In this document: piece after piece, positions 52,401 through 64,000 of the stretch
How positions within the stretch are numbered: the first letter of the stretch is position 1
Layout of the letters: each line of letters opens with the position of its first letter
Assembly: GCA_032718475.1 (NCBI GenBank)
Contig: JAUCBJ010009017.1
Span: 1-64,000, forward strand
Length of the DNA: 64,000 nucleotides
From: Nemertoderma westbladi
Taxonomy: Eukaryota > Animalia > Xenacoelomorpha
Direction of reading: 5' to 3'
Made by a program: the position numbers and the translations under genes
Notes under the pieces: model-generated
Databases searched by the model: none
Told to the model about the DNA's origin: nothing
What the model saw: only the letters and a program-made list of their open reading frames with translations

Positions 52401-53573
52401 AGTGATGTGAACGACACTGACCAAGGTTCTGAGTGGGAAGGATTCTATACAGACGAATTCTCCGATGCCAACGAATCCTGTTATCTAATAAATACCACAG
52501 TGTATCGAGCACTTACGGATGAAAAGGACACTGACGAGTTTACTCCAACTCCTTTTGACAAACAACCATCTTGGAAAGTTCCAACTTCCAACATAGGAAT
52601 AAGAGAATTTCCTGTAGTGCAAGTTCGAGTTCATGGTCCCAACAAGAGTTACATAGTGAACGCCCTACTTGACTCCGGCAGCACAGGAACATTCATCGAT
52701 CAAGAACTAGCCGAAGATATCTTTGCTGGACAACCCAAGTTCCGGACTAAATTGAATATGTCAGGAATTATGCAGGTTTGGAAATCTACCCTAACGGCAG
52801 ATTACTATGTAGGTGTGTTGTCCACCCCCCAGGATAAGTTAGGAACACAAGGTATAAGGTCAGTAAAAATGGTGGCTATAAAGAACTTTGCTACTACTCA
52901 AGCAGAACCTTATAACTGGGACGAGGACGAGTGCATCCAACATCTTGAGATACCTCGATTCCAAACCGATTATCCTGGAGTGCAAATACTCATCGGCCAA
53001 AACGCGCATGAGGCGCTCGAGCCATTAGAGAAACGGCCTGCTCAACCACAGCCACTACAAACCTATGCGGTAAGAACTAGAGTAGGTTGGTACTTCACTG
53101 GCCCTTCCCGTAGAACTCTCAAAGAGAGATTACCTCAACAACAGGTATACCAAGTAAAGGGGGAAGTGGAGAGCAGTGATGTGGACGACCCAACTGAGGG
53201 AACACCATACTCCTCAGATAATGACGATATTAACTCCAATGTAGATCAATGGAGACATTGCCTTGGGACGATTAATCCAGCCGACATCGCTTCCAGAGGA
53301 GCAACTCCTCAAGAACTGATAGATACTCCAGGCTGGTTAGGTGGATCCGACTTCTTAAGTAAAGAAGAAGAAGAATGGCCTCCTCATCTTACCACGGCGG
53401 AGAGTAGACAGGCCAAGGGAGCGGAGAAACTAACACAACCACTCAATCGCCCAGCTAGTCGTTTATGTTTACTGGAAAGAGACCGAAAACTGTCCGGAAA
53501 CTATGGAAGGCAAGATACTCTTCCTACGACTACTTCCCTAATCCGGCAAATATCTAGGGACTCCATAACGTGA
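49413..53573 (+). CDS. BEL/Pao Gag-protease polyprotein with RT, most of RNase H and integrase deleted in frame
   Basis: Gag core FNGD..KW..F...LSNGEKLRFL..CL.G...W..L..RYG (DUF1759-like); BEL triple Cys/His knuckle CALCDGPH...CYNCLRSGH...CAKCGAKHH.LLH; protease ALLDSGS...ILIG...TRVGW; pol remnants WRHC...NPADIASRG and RPASRLCLLE; no YxDD or DDE core. Confidence 0.93.
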   Translation: MADTRQTLSDSLLETTDCFSDQSVENPRPRSETPHTVRRATPAVVVTEPRLVEKISQFAKLVRRRWSAIGTRAQVGRDQEEAIKQQQPPSQEPSSQRPDSSSSSDTVERTPERGAKMVDTVYDGRPACGESTDATSSQVESEVEGEVESEVESKVESEVESEVESELTSAEKPRTRDAIDIYLSDYQRFLGDEELRRRLSGLSPNSEGTKLVLDSIDAEMLAANQAECDEKLRLIRVREEQIKKRRIEEQKAAAMAAAMADAEAERKAAKAVAMADAEAERKAAKAVAEAERRASEETIQLELENLQETQDSINKQFTANQMQMMSRSTPKRQGYTSSEEGETTDPEGGGNRSRLSRRRKTSHHHKLPDLPPAVRRQLASTDLSSIEPTAQSIKVQRLSTIVDEPEIIRPVVPKVTSVLETPVLPELNSKFPLHSTTLPVPGGTVQENIPVQIAEREIKNLSPVVPRQPATMLATPASAVEWVEEGRRGMNLLLGQMQETVHQLKGTVREGRAELQEVQQSIALERDKLVNIQKGIPMPPVTLCQPVRSEVLHAQGVEPTRIYAASEVETPIANPVGGDYKPVINDIPYRPDNDPRNLYTDNSILNNTMVQESFTRQMARTEARQAVKVGEIVKFNGDEMKWLPFNEYYKDSIQNSVLSNGEKLRFLIKCLEGPPKLMALKFIGHPDGLRQVWDTLNIRYGNKDNIAKYLYAKLVAPRHFLSSEIIEFSDEIQEICRQLDWLGKSHEYQSSMVIGAVVSTLPKGGVCTRWDKKVLYMNEQQRRSPTMADLMSFLDSEVKLQLIRQAREKTSENKVSEKPDSRRRIIPVCYTDDGESQASQEEDSGKDTAKSYYDNKTYKDVSKYKSRTSDRREQVTTTPPTSPKRIHGRKPEERTRVHNVNQVKVSNIKPKCALCDGPHRLSACAEFLKKSPVDRRTVLWNKRLCYNCLRSGHQRRTCYSDAKCAKCGAKHHILLHSEFERDNPSQVSEPELHVQFSDVNDTDQGSEWEGFYTDEFSDANESCYLINTTVYRALTDEKDTDEFTPTPFDKQPSWKVPTSNIGIREFPVVQVRVHGPNKSYIVNALLDSGSTGTFIDQELAEDIFAGQPKFRTKLNMSGIMQVWKSTLTADYYVGVLSTPQDKLGTQGIRSVKMVAIKNFATTQAEPYNWDEDECIQHLEIPRFQTDYPGVQILIGQNAHEALEPLEKRPAQPQPLQTYAVRTRVGWYFTGPSRRTLKERLPQQQVYQVKGEVESSDVDDPTEGTPYSSDNDDINSNVDQWRHCLGTINPADIASRGATPQELIDTPGWLGGSDFLSKEEEEWPPHLTTAESRQAKGAEKLTQPLNRPASRLCLLERDRKLSGNYGRQDTLPTTTSLIRQISRDSIT

Positions 53574-55198
53574 TAGCATGTGGAGTGGGCGTGTGACTAT
53601 ATCATTTTATATTTGTTTTTATTTTATATTTATGTATGTATTATTATGTAATTTTATTATAATCGTTTTCTTTAATTTTTTTTAGTAGAATGTTATTTTA
53701 GAGATTATTTAGTAGATTAGTGCAATATATTAGTGTTTATTACGTATGTAATTACTTATAATATATATTTAGTGCGACGGCGAGAAATAATTATTTTTCT
53801 CTTTCCTTACTGTCCGTATTATATTATAAATGCGAGACTATAGTAAGATGACATGTCAGTACTTCTTAAAGTACAATAAAGCCACTACTATATTTAAGTA
53901 TTATTGGTAGGCAGAGTATTAGGAATGCAAAGTTCAGATCCTCGTGTCTCGGCTAAACCAAGCTCTGGGTAGACCTTGGAAACGACTTGCCTCTTCACAC
54001 TGACATTGCTTCGTGCGATATTGCTCTTCTACCTTATTTCAAATAATACATATAGTAGCGTGATGTCCCTCTAACAGTAGCGTAAAACGCAAATAAATCT
54101 GTTAAACCTTTTGACCATCTGTAATTCTAGTCGATTAAGATATCGCGGCACCCACCGATATACTTGAAAGACAAATTCTAGAATCAGTGGTTAACGTCCC
54201 CAGACAAGTTCTGGAATAAATCGGTGCCCATCCTAAATATTAATTTAATATTTATTAAAATCTGTAAAATCCCGATCCTTCAAAATTTCTAGTCAATTAA
54301 GATATCGCAGTATTTACCGATATTCTTAGAAGGACTATTTTATAGAATTGAGGATCCTAAGTCCCCAGATATGCTCTGGAATAAAATTTGTGTCAATTTA
54401 ACATCAAATAATAAAATTCACGGGAATAAATTTAAATTCATATTCAAATGAATTTCATAAATTGTCATTTTGTGCAATTTATAACATTCCCAAAATTCCA
54501 GTAATTAATAGACCATGGGAGCGGAGATTCATATTGAGTGTACTAGAGTGCGAGAATCTCCAACATATAGTCAATAGCCGATAAAATTTATAAAATCATG
54601 CATAAAGAGGATATTGACAATTAAAGAATTACTATTAAATAACATCCCAGATCTGTATACATGAGAATTGCCCTAATTCTACCGCTAGTTTTCCATAATG
54701 TCACCATGGCAACACCCACGCTAGAAGTAGAAGCAAGTTAAAGGAACAATAAAAAGCTTAACCCATTGCGAAGCATAAGAGTATACATAACGCACTATTA
54801 GTATCCAAGGATACATAGTAATAACGTGACATTCTGGAAGACACTGACTAACGGACAAATGGCATGCATGTGTGCAGTAAGCAATGATTGTATGGAATTT
54901 GTGCGTTTATAGGTGAATGTTACTACTAAAGTGTGTTTACAGTAGCTAATCGCAATTGTAAAGTAGCCCTAACTCTACCGAGATAACCTCAAGTGGATTC
55001 AAGCTTTTGGGACGGACAGTGGTGGGACTTGTGCCGGTTATCGTTGTCGTGCTGTTGCTACATGTTGGCGTAAACACCGCGACAACGGTACATCGGCGCT
55101 GAGAAACCCACTGTCCGGGGGCAAAGCCTAGTAGGCAGCGACGCCCGCTTGCCTAAAATATTAACTCATATTGATATTAATAAACTCAGATAGCAGAT

Positions 55199-56649
55199 AT
55201 GACGGAATTGATAGAAGATGACCTTGGTATCAGGGAGCGATATACTCTACCTTTACAAGCGTTTGTGGATAGCTTGATACGCGGTGAAGCCGATCCGACT
55301 ATTACGGAGGACGATGGTCGTTATATCGAACCGCCGATGTCCCAGAAACAACTTACGCGTGAATTGGACTATAGAAAATTCACCGCTCGCTATACGAATC
55401 GTAATGGTACGTATATGGACTTCTTAACTACCGGCCATCCTACCGATTTACATGATACGGACGATGTATACACCGAAAGGGAAATGGTTCTATTTAAATA
55501 TCATACCCAGCGGAGTCGTAACGATAAACCGAGAATAGATCACGAAAATTATATTCGTAACAGACTGGGAAGACGGACCCATATGTTTAGAATCTGAAGA
55601 GATTCAGCCCCCCACGTCTCGGAGTAGCGATAGCGACTACATATGGGAATGGTATCAAGGTCAACAGTGTCTCACTGCGTACGATTATCGCCATGCCAAC
55701 TATGTTTCTCGGCAACGTTGTCGATTATGCGCATCGAGAGACCATGTTACGCCCATGGACACAAACGTCCGCTGTTCCTATTTCCACGAACAACCGACGA
55801 TGGAAATTTATTGCGCGTATTACAGACTCAATAACTCGCACATTTTTGCGGTTTGCCCTCAATTTATGACTCAATGTCACCATTGTCAACTAAAGGGACG
55901 CGCCAGTTTCGATTGCCCTTTTTAGTCACGATTTGGAAAGCGTGGATGAAATGATCACACTACGTTACATCAGAGCTTGGGAAGCGAACACTGATTTATA
56001 TTGTGATTCACGCCATCGCTATTATCCTGGACGCGCCTACGAAGGAGTTTATGCGTTCCATCCATATTTGTTTGCCTCCGTCGAGCAGAAATCGCGCCTA
56101 TCAAGTTATGAACTATTGAAGCGCGTTGGAGAATGTATTTCAACCAAATATGTACGCAAATTCCTCAGGAGCATTAATCCGAGTGACATCAATTCGTATA
56201 ACTTAATAAACTTTATCCGTCAAGATCCGGCCTATGGAGACTTATTTGTCAACTCACACCCTGAGTTACAGGAAGTATATCGACGGCCTTACGAGTACAG
56301 AGCCCGCGAACGCGAGTTGGAAAGAACCATTAAACCAAGGAAGTTTCTAACTGCCTATGGTCCACCCACGGCCCTCGTTCAGACCACTCGTAAAGGACCC
56401 GTAAGAGCGGCTGTCTTGAAACGAGCTCTCAAAGCCGTTAGACCCCTCTCCCCGGACGTTGATGTCAATCAACCCGGTACTTCGACCGGCGGATATACCG
56501 ATCGCAATCCCATACCTTCTGATGCAATCATATTGCACCCTTCACCCAGGAGTTATAGCCCTCCTCGTAAAGTGGCTCGCCCCAAAGAGAAAAGGACTCT
56601 TGCTAGCTTTAAAAAACTGCGTAAACGCCGTCCGCGCAAGAAAGACTAA
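55199..56649 (+). pseudogene. Accessory gene of the LTR element, about 480 codons split by two +1 frameshifts; three CCHC-like knuckles and a basic C-terminus
   Basis: Three overlapping open frames (55199-55597, 55539-55925, 55894-56649). The middle frame, absent from the ORF track, reads CRLCASRDH..C, CAYYRLNNSHIFAVC, CHHCQLKGRASFDC. The second shift is in a T run at 55919-55923. Confidence 0.7.
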
Positions 56650-56727
56650 CTGTTTAGAGTATTTTTATATTTTAGAAACTGTGATTTTGTATATTTTATA
56701 GACTTAAATCCCATTTTCTGGGAGCGG

Positions 56728-57978
56728 TGTAAAAGCTTCTGTGGGATCTAACTGGCCCCTTTTGCTTCGCAATCCAGTTTCCCCCCAGGCGCTGGAATAC
56801 TCTAAAAAGGTTCTCTAACTGTATATATATTCCCCTCGCCCGCAAGGTACCGTTACAGGTGTTTTAACGGACATAAAAGTCATTCTGCTATATACGTGTT
56901 TTGGCGGACATGGTAAGGCAAAAAACCTGTAATGCACCAACTACCTTTCACAGCTTAGCCGTGATGATTCATATTACGACATCTAACAGCTGGTTGCTGA
57001 CATGGAAACAGCCATTGGATGCATGGTTCTTTGTTTGGCTTGAGCCAATCAGAGCGATTTTTCCTGTCGACGTGTAGCTTTTCGGTCGATCATAAGGAGA
57101 GTGTTGAGTCTTACTGCTTTACTTGATACTTTGTTGTTATTGCTGTCTAAGCCAGAAACACCGGCCTTTTGGGAAGAACTCTAGTAAAACTGCTTGAATT
57201 ATCGAAAGTATAAACTGTTACCTCACCTAACTAATCTCAATAACTCACTAATTAACATGCTCACTTAATTTAATTGCATTAATCATATTGTTTGTACTGT
57301 TATTTTACCGTCAGTTATTAATTGTACCTATTTGTTGATGGAAATATTGCTCTTTGGATAATACGGATAAATCACCCAAATTCCCAATTTTCTTGATACA
57401 CTACAGGTTAGAGAGACCGGCTATACATAACAATTGCGATTTATATTAATGTGGTGTGTATTGAATCCAATGTTATTTAGCAGACCCTACGTGAGTCAAT
57501 TGTTGCTCTCTTTATGTGTGATCAAATATACTGACTGTCGGCAGAATAGTGTGTATGATTGTGATTGGTAACAAAGTATTTCCTAAAGAATACGCTTTAT
57601 ACTTCAATCATAAGCAGTATCGTTGCGTTTTAGTATAAGTCTTAGTTCTGTTTAAATAGATAAAGCGCCACGTCCTAAAGGAACTGTTAATATTTCCCGA
57701 AAGCCAATAATATCTGTCAGAGATTAATTATTAACGATCTATCGAATAATACAGTAGGTATACACTGCAACCTTACACTGCAATAATAAAATTTAAGCAT
57801 CCGAATTCAGCCTCCCGGGTGTAGATCCATCGGGTGAATGATCGCGCATGGGCTGTCTTCGGCTAATGTTTTGCGTATTAGCATAAAATATTGTCGTATG
57901 CTAAAGTGGTTTTAATTAACTAAAAGACATATAAATTTTGGCAGGTTAAACTGCTAAAGGTCTTCAAAAGCGCGAACA
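56728..57978 (+). repeat. 3' LTR
   Basis: Near-identical to 45984-47234. Confidence 0.97.
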
Positions 57979-58735
57979 GGTAGTACTGGTGACTAATAAT
58001 CTGACAGTATCGGTAGTACCGGTGACTAAATCTGACAGTACCGGTAGTACTGGTGACTAATAATCTGACAGTACCAGGGTAGTACCGGTGACTAATAATC
58101 TGACATAACCCCGGTACTACCGTTGACTAATAATCTGACAGTACCGGTAGTACCGGTGACTAAATCTGACAGTACCGGTAGTACCGGTGACTAAATCTGA
58201 CAGTACCGGCAGTACTGGTGACTAATAATCTGACAGTACTAGGGTAGTACCGGTGACTAATAATCTGACAGTACCGGTACCCCGGTAGTACCGGTACCCC
58301 GGTAGTACCGGTGACTAATAATCTGACAGTACCGGTACCCCGGTAGTACTGGTGACTAATAATCTGACAGTACCCCGGTAGTACCGGTGACTAAATCTGA
58401 CAGTACCAGCAGTACTGGTGACTAATAATCTGTCAGTACCCCGGTAGTACCGGTGACTAAATCTGACAGTACCGGTAGTACTGGTGACTAATAATCTGTC
58501 AGTACCCCGGTAGTACCGGTGACTAAATCTGACAGTACCGGTAGTACTGGTGACTAATAATCTGACAGTACCCGGCTAGTACCGGTGACTAAATCTGACA
58601 GTACCGGTAGTACCGGTGACTAATAATCTGACAGTACCCGGCTAGTACCGGTGACTAAATCTGACAGTACCGGTAGTACCGGTGACTAATAATCTGAAAG
58701 TACCCGGCTAGTACCGGTGACTAAATCTGACACAG
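57979..58735. repeat. Irregular ~27-35-bp minisatellite, right part
   Basis: Continues the array at 45780-45983. Confidence 0.93.
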
Positions 58736-58789
58736 TGCCGGTATAATATTTATATATAATACGCCGGTATTATTTTTGTTTACTTTTAG

Positions 58790-58898
58790 TCGAGTTTGCA
58801 GCAACAGACACGGTTTGATCCGAAAGTATTGTCTGAACATGTGTCGGCAGTGTTTCAGGGAGAACGCTAGTCAGATCGGGTTTAAGAAGGTCGATTAA
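58790..58898 (+). CDS. RPS29: 40S ribosomal protein S29 (uS14), coding exon 2
   Basis: Acceptor tttttgtttacttttag|; [36 protein letters not shown]; spliced CDS 171 nt = 56 aa with C21, C24, C39 and C42. Confidence 0.97.
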
Positions 58899-59083
58899 TA
58901 ATCTCAGGATCAAAAGAATTCCGTGTCTTCAGTTCCAGACAGTCGCTTCAGCGTTATGGGCGATTAGATTTATATTACTTGGTTGCTAAGATACTAGTTG
59001 TGGCAATACATGTGAAATAATGTTATTTTCATATTTTGTATTATATATTAAATGGTATATGTTTCGATTTAATATATTATATA

Positions 59084-59089
59084 AATAAA
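59084..59089 (+). promoter_or_regulatory. Probable RPS29 polyadenylation signal AATAAA
   Basis: AATAAA about 185 nt after the stop codon, followed by a GT/T-rich tract. Confidence 0.55.
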
Positions 59090-59135
59090 CGTTTAGTTTG
59101 TATCTTTACAACCTATGTGGCCTCCAATCTCCAAT

Positions 59136-62100
59136 ATTTTATTGGCTCACACAGCCCCACGGTGACATAAACCCAAGGTTATTTTATTGGCTCACACAGC
59201 CACACGGTAACATAAACCCAAGGTTATTTTATTGGCTCACACAGCCACACGGTAACATAAACCCAAGGTTATTTTATTGGCTCACACACAGCCACACGGT
59301 GACATAAACCCAAGGTTATTTTATTGGCTCACACATAGCCACACGGTGACATAAACCCAAGGTTATTTTATTGGCTCACACACAGCCACACGGTGACATA
59401 AACCCAAGGTTATTTTATTGGCTCACACATAGCCACACGGTGACATAAACCCAAAGTTATTTTATTGGTTCACACAGCCACACGGTAACATAAACCCAAG
59501 GTTATTTTATTGGCTCACACAGCCCCACGGTGACATAAACCCAAGGTTATTTTATTGGCTCACACAGCCACACGGTGACATAAACCCAAGGTTATTTTAT
59601 TGGCTCACACAGCCACACGGTGACATAAACCCAAGGTTATTTTATTGGCTCACACAGCCCCACGGTGACATAAACCCAAGGTTATTTTATTGGCTCACAC
59701 AGCCACACGGTGACTAAACACAAAGTTATTTTATTGGCTCACACAGCCACACGGTGACATAAACCCAAAGTTATTTTATTGGCTCACACAGCCACACGGT
59801 AACATAAACCCAAGGTTATTTTATTGGCTCACACAGCCCCACGGTGACATAAACCCAAGGTTATTTTATTGGCTCACACAGCCACACGGTGACATAAACC
59901 CAAGGTTATTTTATTGGCTCACACAGCCACACGGTAACATAAACCCAAGGTTATTTTATTGGCTCACACAGCCCCACGGTGACATAAACCCAAGGTTATT
60001 TTATTGGCTCACACAGCCCCACGGTGACATAAACCCAAGGTTATTTTATTGGCTCACACAGCCACACGGTGACATAAACCCAAGGTTATTTTATTGGCTC
60101 ACACAGCCACACGGTGACATAAACCCAAGGTTATTTTATTGGCTCACACAGCCACACGGTGACATAAACCCAAGGTTATTTTATTGGCTCTCACAGCCAC
60201 ACGGTGACATAAACCCAAGGTTATTTTATTGGCTCACACAGCCACACGGTGACATAAACCCAAGGTTATTTTATTGGCTCACACAGCCACACGGTGACAT
60301 AAACCCAAGGTTATTTTATTGGCTCACACAGCCCCACGGTGACATAAACCCAAGGTTATTTTATTGGCTCACACATAGCCACACGGTGACATAAACCCAA
60401 GGTTATTTTATTGGCTCACACAGCCCCACGGTGACATAAACCCAAGGTTATTTTATTGGCTCACACAGCCACACGGTAACATAAACCCAAGGTTATTTTA
60501 TTGGCTCACACAGCCCCACGGTGACATAAACCCAAGGTTATTTTATTGGCTCACACAGCCACACGGTGACATAAACCCAAAGTTATTTTATTGGTTCACA
60601 CAGCCACACGGTGACATAAACCCAAGGTTATTTTATTGGCTCACACAGCCACACGGTGACATAAACCCAAGGTTATTTTATTGGCTCACACAGCCACACG
60701 GTGACATAAACCCAAGGTTATTTTATTGGCTAACACAGCCACACGGTGACATAAACCCAAGGTTATTTTATTGGCTCACACAGCCACACGGTGACATAAA
60801 CCCAAGGTTATTTTATTGGCTCACACAGCCACACGGTAACATAAACCCAAGGTTATTTTATTGGCTCACACAGCCCCACGGTGACATAAACCCAAGGTTA
60901 TTTTATTGGCTCACACAGCCCCACGGTGACATAAACCCAAGGTTATTTTATTGGCTCACACAGCCACACGGTGACATAAACCCAAGGTTATTTTATTGGC
61001 TCACACAGCCACACGGTGACATAAACCCAAGGTTATTTTATTGGCTCACACAGCCACACGGTGACATAAACCCAAGGTTATTTTATTGGCTCTCACAGCC
61101 ACACGGTGACATAAACCCAAGGTTATTTTATTGGCTCACACAGCCACACGGTGACATAAACCCAAGGTTATTTTATTGGCTCACACAGCCACACGGTGAC
61201 ATAAACCCAAGGTTATTTTATTGGCTCACACAGCCCCACGGTGACATAAACTCAAGGTTATTTTATTGGCTCACACATAGCCACACGGTGACATAAACCC
61301 AAGGTTATTTTATTGGCTCACACAGCCCCACGGTGACATAAACCCAAGGTTATTTTATTGGCTCACACAGCCACACGGTAACATAAACCCAAGGTTATTT
61401 TATTGGCTCACACAGCCCACGGTGACATAAACCCAAGGTTATTTTATTGGCTCACACAGCCACACGGTGACATAAACCCAAAGTTATTTTATTGGTTCAC
61501 ACAGCCACACGGTGACATAAACCCAAGGTTATTTTATTGGCTCACACAGCCACACGGTGACATAAACCCAAGGTTATTTTATTGGCTCACACAGCCACAC
61601 GGTGACATAAACCCAAGGTTATTTTATTGGCTAACACAGCCACACGGTGACATAAACCCAAGGTTATTTTATTGGCTCACACAGCCACACGGTGACATAA
61701 ACCCAAGGTTATTTTATTGGCTCACACAGCCACACGGTGACATAAACCCAAGGTTATTTTATTGGCTCACACAGCCACACGGTGACATAAACCCAATGTT
61801 ATTTTATTGGCTCACACAGCCACACGGTGACATAAACCCAAGGTTATTTTATTGGCTCACACAGCCACACGGTGACATAAACCCAAGGTTATTTTATTGG
61901 CTCACAGTAGCCACACGGTGACATAAACCCAAGGTTATTTTATTGGCTCACACAGCCACACGGTGACATAAACCCAAGGTTATTTTATTGGCTCACACAG
62001 CCCCACGGTGACATAAACCCAAGGTTATTTTATTGGCTCACACATAGCCACACGGTGACATAAACCCAAGGTTATTTTATTGGCTCACACAGCCCCACGG

Positions 62101-64000
62101 TGACATAAACCCAAGGTTATTTTATTGGCTCACACAGCCACACGGTAACATAAACCCAAGGTTATTTTATTGGCTCACACAGCCCCACGGTGACATAAAC
62201 CCAAGGTTATTTTATTGGCTCACACAGTACACAGTGACATAAACGCAAAGTTATTTTATTGGTTCACACAGCCACACGGTGACATAAACCCAAGGTTATT
62301 TTATTGGCTCACACAGCCACACGGTGACATAAACCCAAGGTTATTTTATTGGCTCACACAGCCACACGGTGACATAAACCCAAGGTTATTTTATTGGCTA
62401 ACACAGCCACACTGTGACATAAACCCAAGGTTATTTTATTGGCTCACACATAGCCACACGGTGACATAAACCCAAGGTTATTTTATTGGCTCACACAGCC
62501 ACACGGTGACATAAACCCAAAGTTATTTTATTGGTTCACACAGCCACACGGTGACATAAACCCAAGGTTATTTTATTGGCTCACACAGCCACACGGTGAC
62601 ATAAACCCAAGGTTATTTTATTGGCTCACACAGCCACACGGTGACATAAACCCAAGGTTATTTTATTGGCTAACACAGCCACACGGTGACATAAACCCAA
62701 GGTTATTTTATTGGCTCACACATAGCCACACGGTGACATAAACCCAAGGTTATTTTATTGGCTCACACAGCCCCACGGTGACATAAACCCAAGGTTATTT
62801 TATTGGCTCACACAGCCACACGGTAACATAAACCCAAGGTTATTTTATTGGCTCACACAGCCCCACGGTGACATAAACCCAAGGTTATTTTATTGGCTCA
62901 CACAGCCACACGGTGACATAAACCCAAAGTTATTTTATTGGTTCACACAGCCACACGGTGACATAAACCCAAGGTTATTTTATTGGCTCACACAGCCACA
63001 CGGTGACATAAACCCAAGGTTATTTTATTGGCTCACACAGCCACACGGTGACATAAACCCAAGGTTATTTTATTGGCTAACACAGCCACACGGTGACATA
63101 AACCCAAGGTTATTTTATTGGCTCACACAGCCACACGGTGACATAAACCCAAGGTTATTGTATTGGCTCACACAGCCACACGGTGACATAAACCCAAGGT
63201 TATTTTATTGGCTCACACCGCCACACGGTGACATAAACCCAATGTTATTTTATTGGCTCACACAGCCACACGGTGACATAAACCCAAGGTTATTTTATTG
63301 GCTCACACAGCCACACGGTGACATAAACCCAAGGTTATTTTATTGGCTCACACAGCCACACGGTGACATAAACCCAAGGTTATTTTATTGGCTCACACAG
63401 CCACACGGTGACATAAACCCAAGGTTATTTTATTGGCTCACACAGCCCCACGGTGACATAAACCCAAGGTTATTTTATTGGCTCACACATAGCCACACGG
63501 TGACATAAACCCAAGGTTATTTTATTGGCTCACACAGCCCCACGGTGACATAAACCCAAGGTTATTTTATTGGCTCACACAGCCACACGGTAACATAAAC
63601 CCAAGGTTATTTTATTGGCTCACACAGCCCCACGGTGACATAAACCCAAGGTTATTTTATTGGCTCACACAGCCACACGGTGACATAAACCCAAAGTTAT
63701 TTTATTGGTTCACACAGCCACACGGTGACATAAACCCAAGGTTATTTTATTGGCTCACACAGCCACACGGTGACATAAACCCAAGGTTATTTTATTGGCT
63801 CACACAGCCACACGGTGACATAAACCCAAGGTTATTTTATTGGCTAACACAGCCACACGGTGACATAAACCCAAGGTTATTTTATTGGCTCACACATAGC
63901 CACACGGTGACATAAACCAAAGGTTATTTTATTGGCTCACAGCCACACGGTGACATAAACCCAAGGTTATTTTATTGGCTCACACAGCCCCACGGTGACA
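59136..64000. repeat. Minisatellite, 45-bp unit ttattttattggctcacacagccacacggtgacataaacccaagg, over 100 copies, runs off the window edge
   Basis: Read directly; frequent 2-bp indels; unrelated to the 45-bp array at 11.2 kb. Confidence 0.98.

Larger units (their letters stand above)
45984..57978 (+). mobile_element. BEL/Pao LTR retrotransposon, non-autonomous, recent insertion
   Basis: Two 1251-bp LTRs with TG...CA ends, 5-bp TSD GGTAG (45979-45983 and 57979-57983), purine tract gggagcgg before the 3' LTR, BEL-type gag-protease ORF. Confidence 0.97.

Noticed and set aside
59098-63508. LFYWLTQPHGDINPR ORFs
   Set aside because: The array has frequent 2-bp indels that break the frame; it lies downstream of the RPS29 poly(A) signal.

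Overview
Repeat-rich animal (probably invertebrate) nuclear DNA; no prokaryotic features. About 30 kb of the 64 kb is tandem arrays (34, 64, 20, 12, 37, 45, 54, 24/37, ~27 and 45 bp units). Contents: (1) a 5'-truncated RTE-type LINE; (2) a spliced + strand gene model (exons 2744-2943, 11099-11197, 32596-32656, 33075-33199, 33577-33837, 33935-34144, 34469-34633) joining unrecognised exons to a degenerate myosin II heavy-chain tail, with the end of one exon amplified about 220 times as an in-frame 45-bp array; (3) an intronless OB-fold ORF inside an intron of that model; (4) a two-exon RPS29 gene whose 14.9-kb intron holds a 1.25-kb foldback element and a young 12-kb BEL/Pao LTR element. That element encodes Gag and protease only and carries a frameshifted extra zinc-knuckle gene; an older truncated relative lies at 24527-26795. 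The best candidate for an undescribed system is in this BEL/Pao family. It has no tRNA primer-binding site, and the bases right after the 5' LTR are perfectly complementary to a site inside the LTR, with compensatory changes between the two copies. This suggests Tf1-like self-priming. All homology calls come from remembered motifs; no searches were run.
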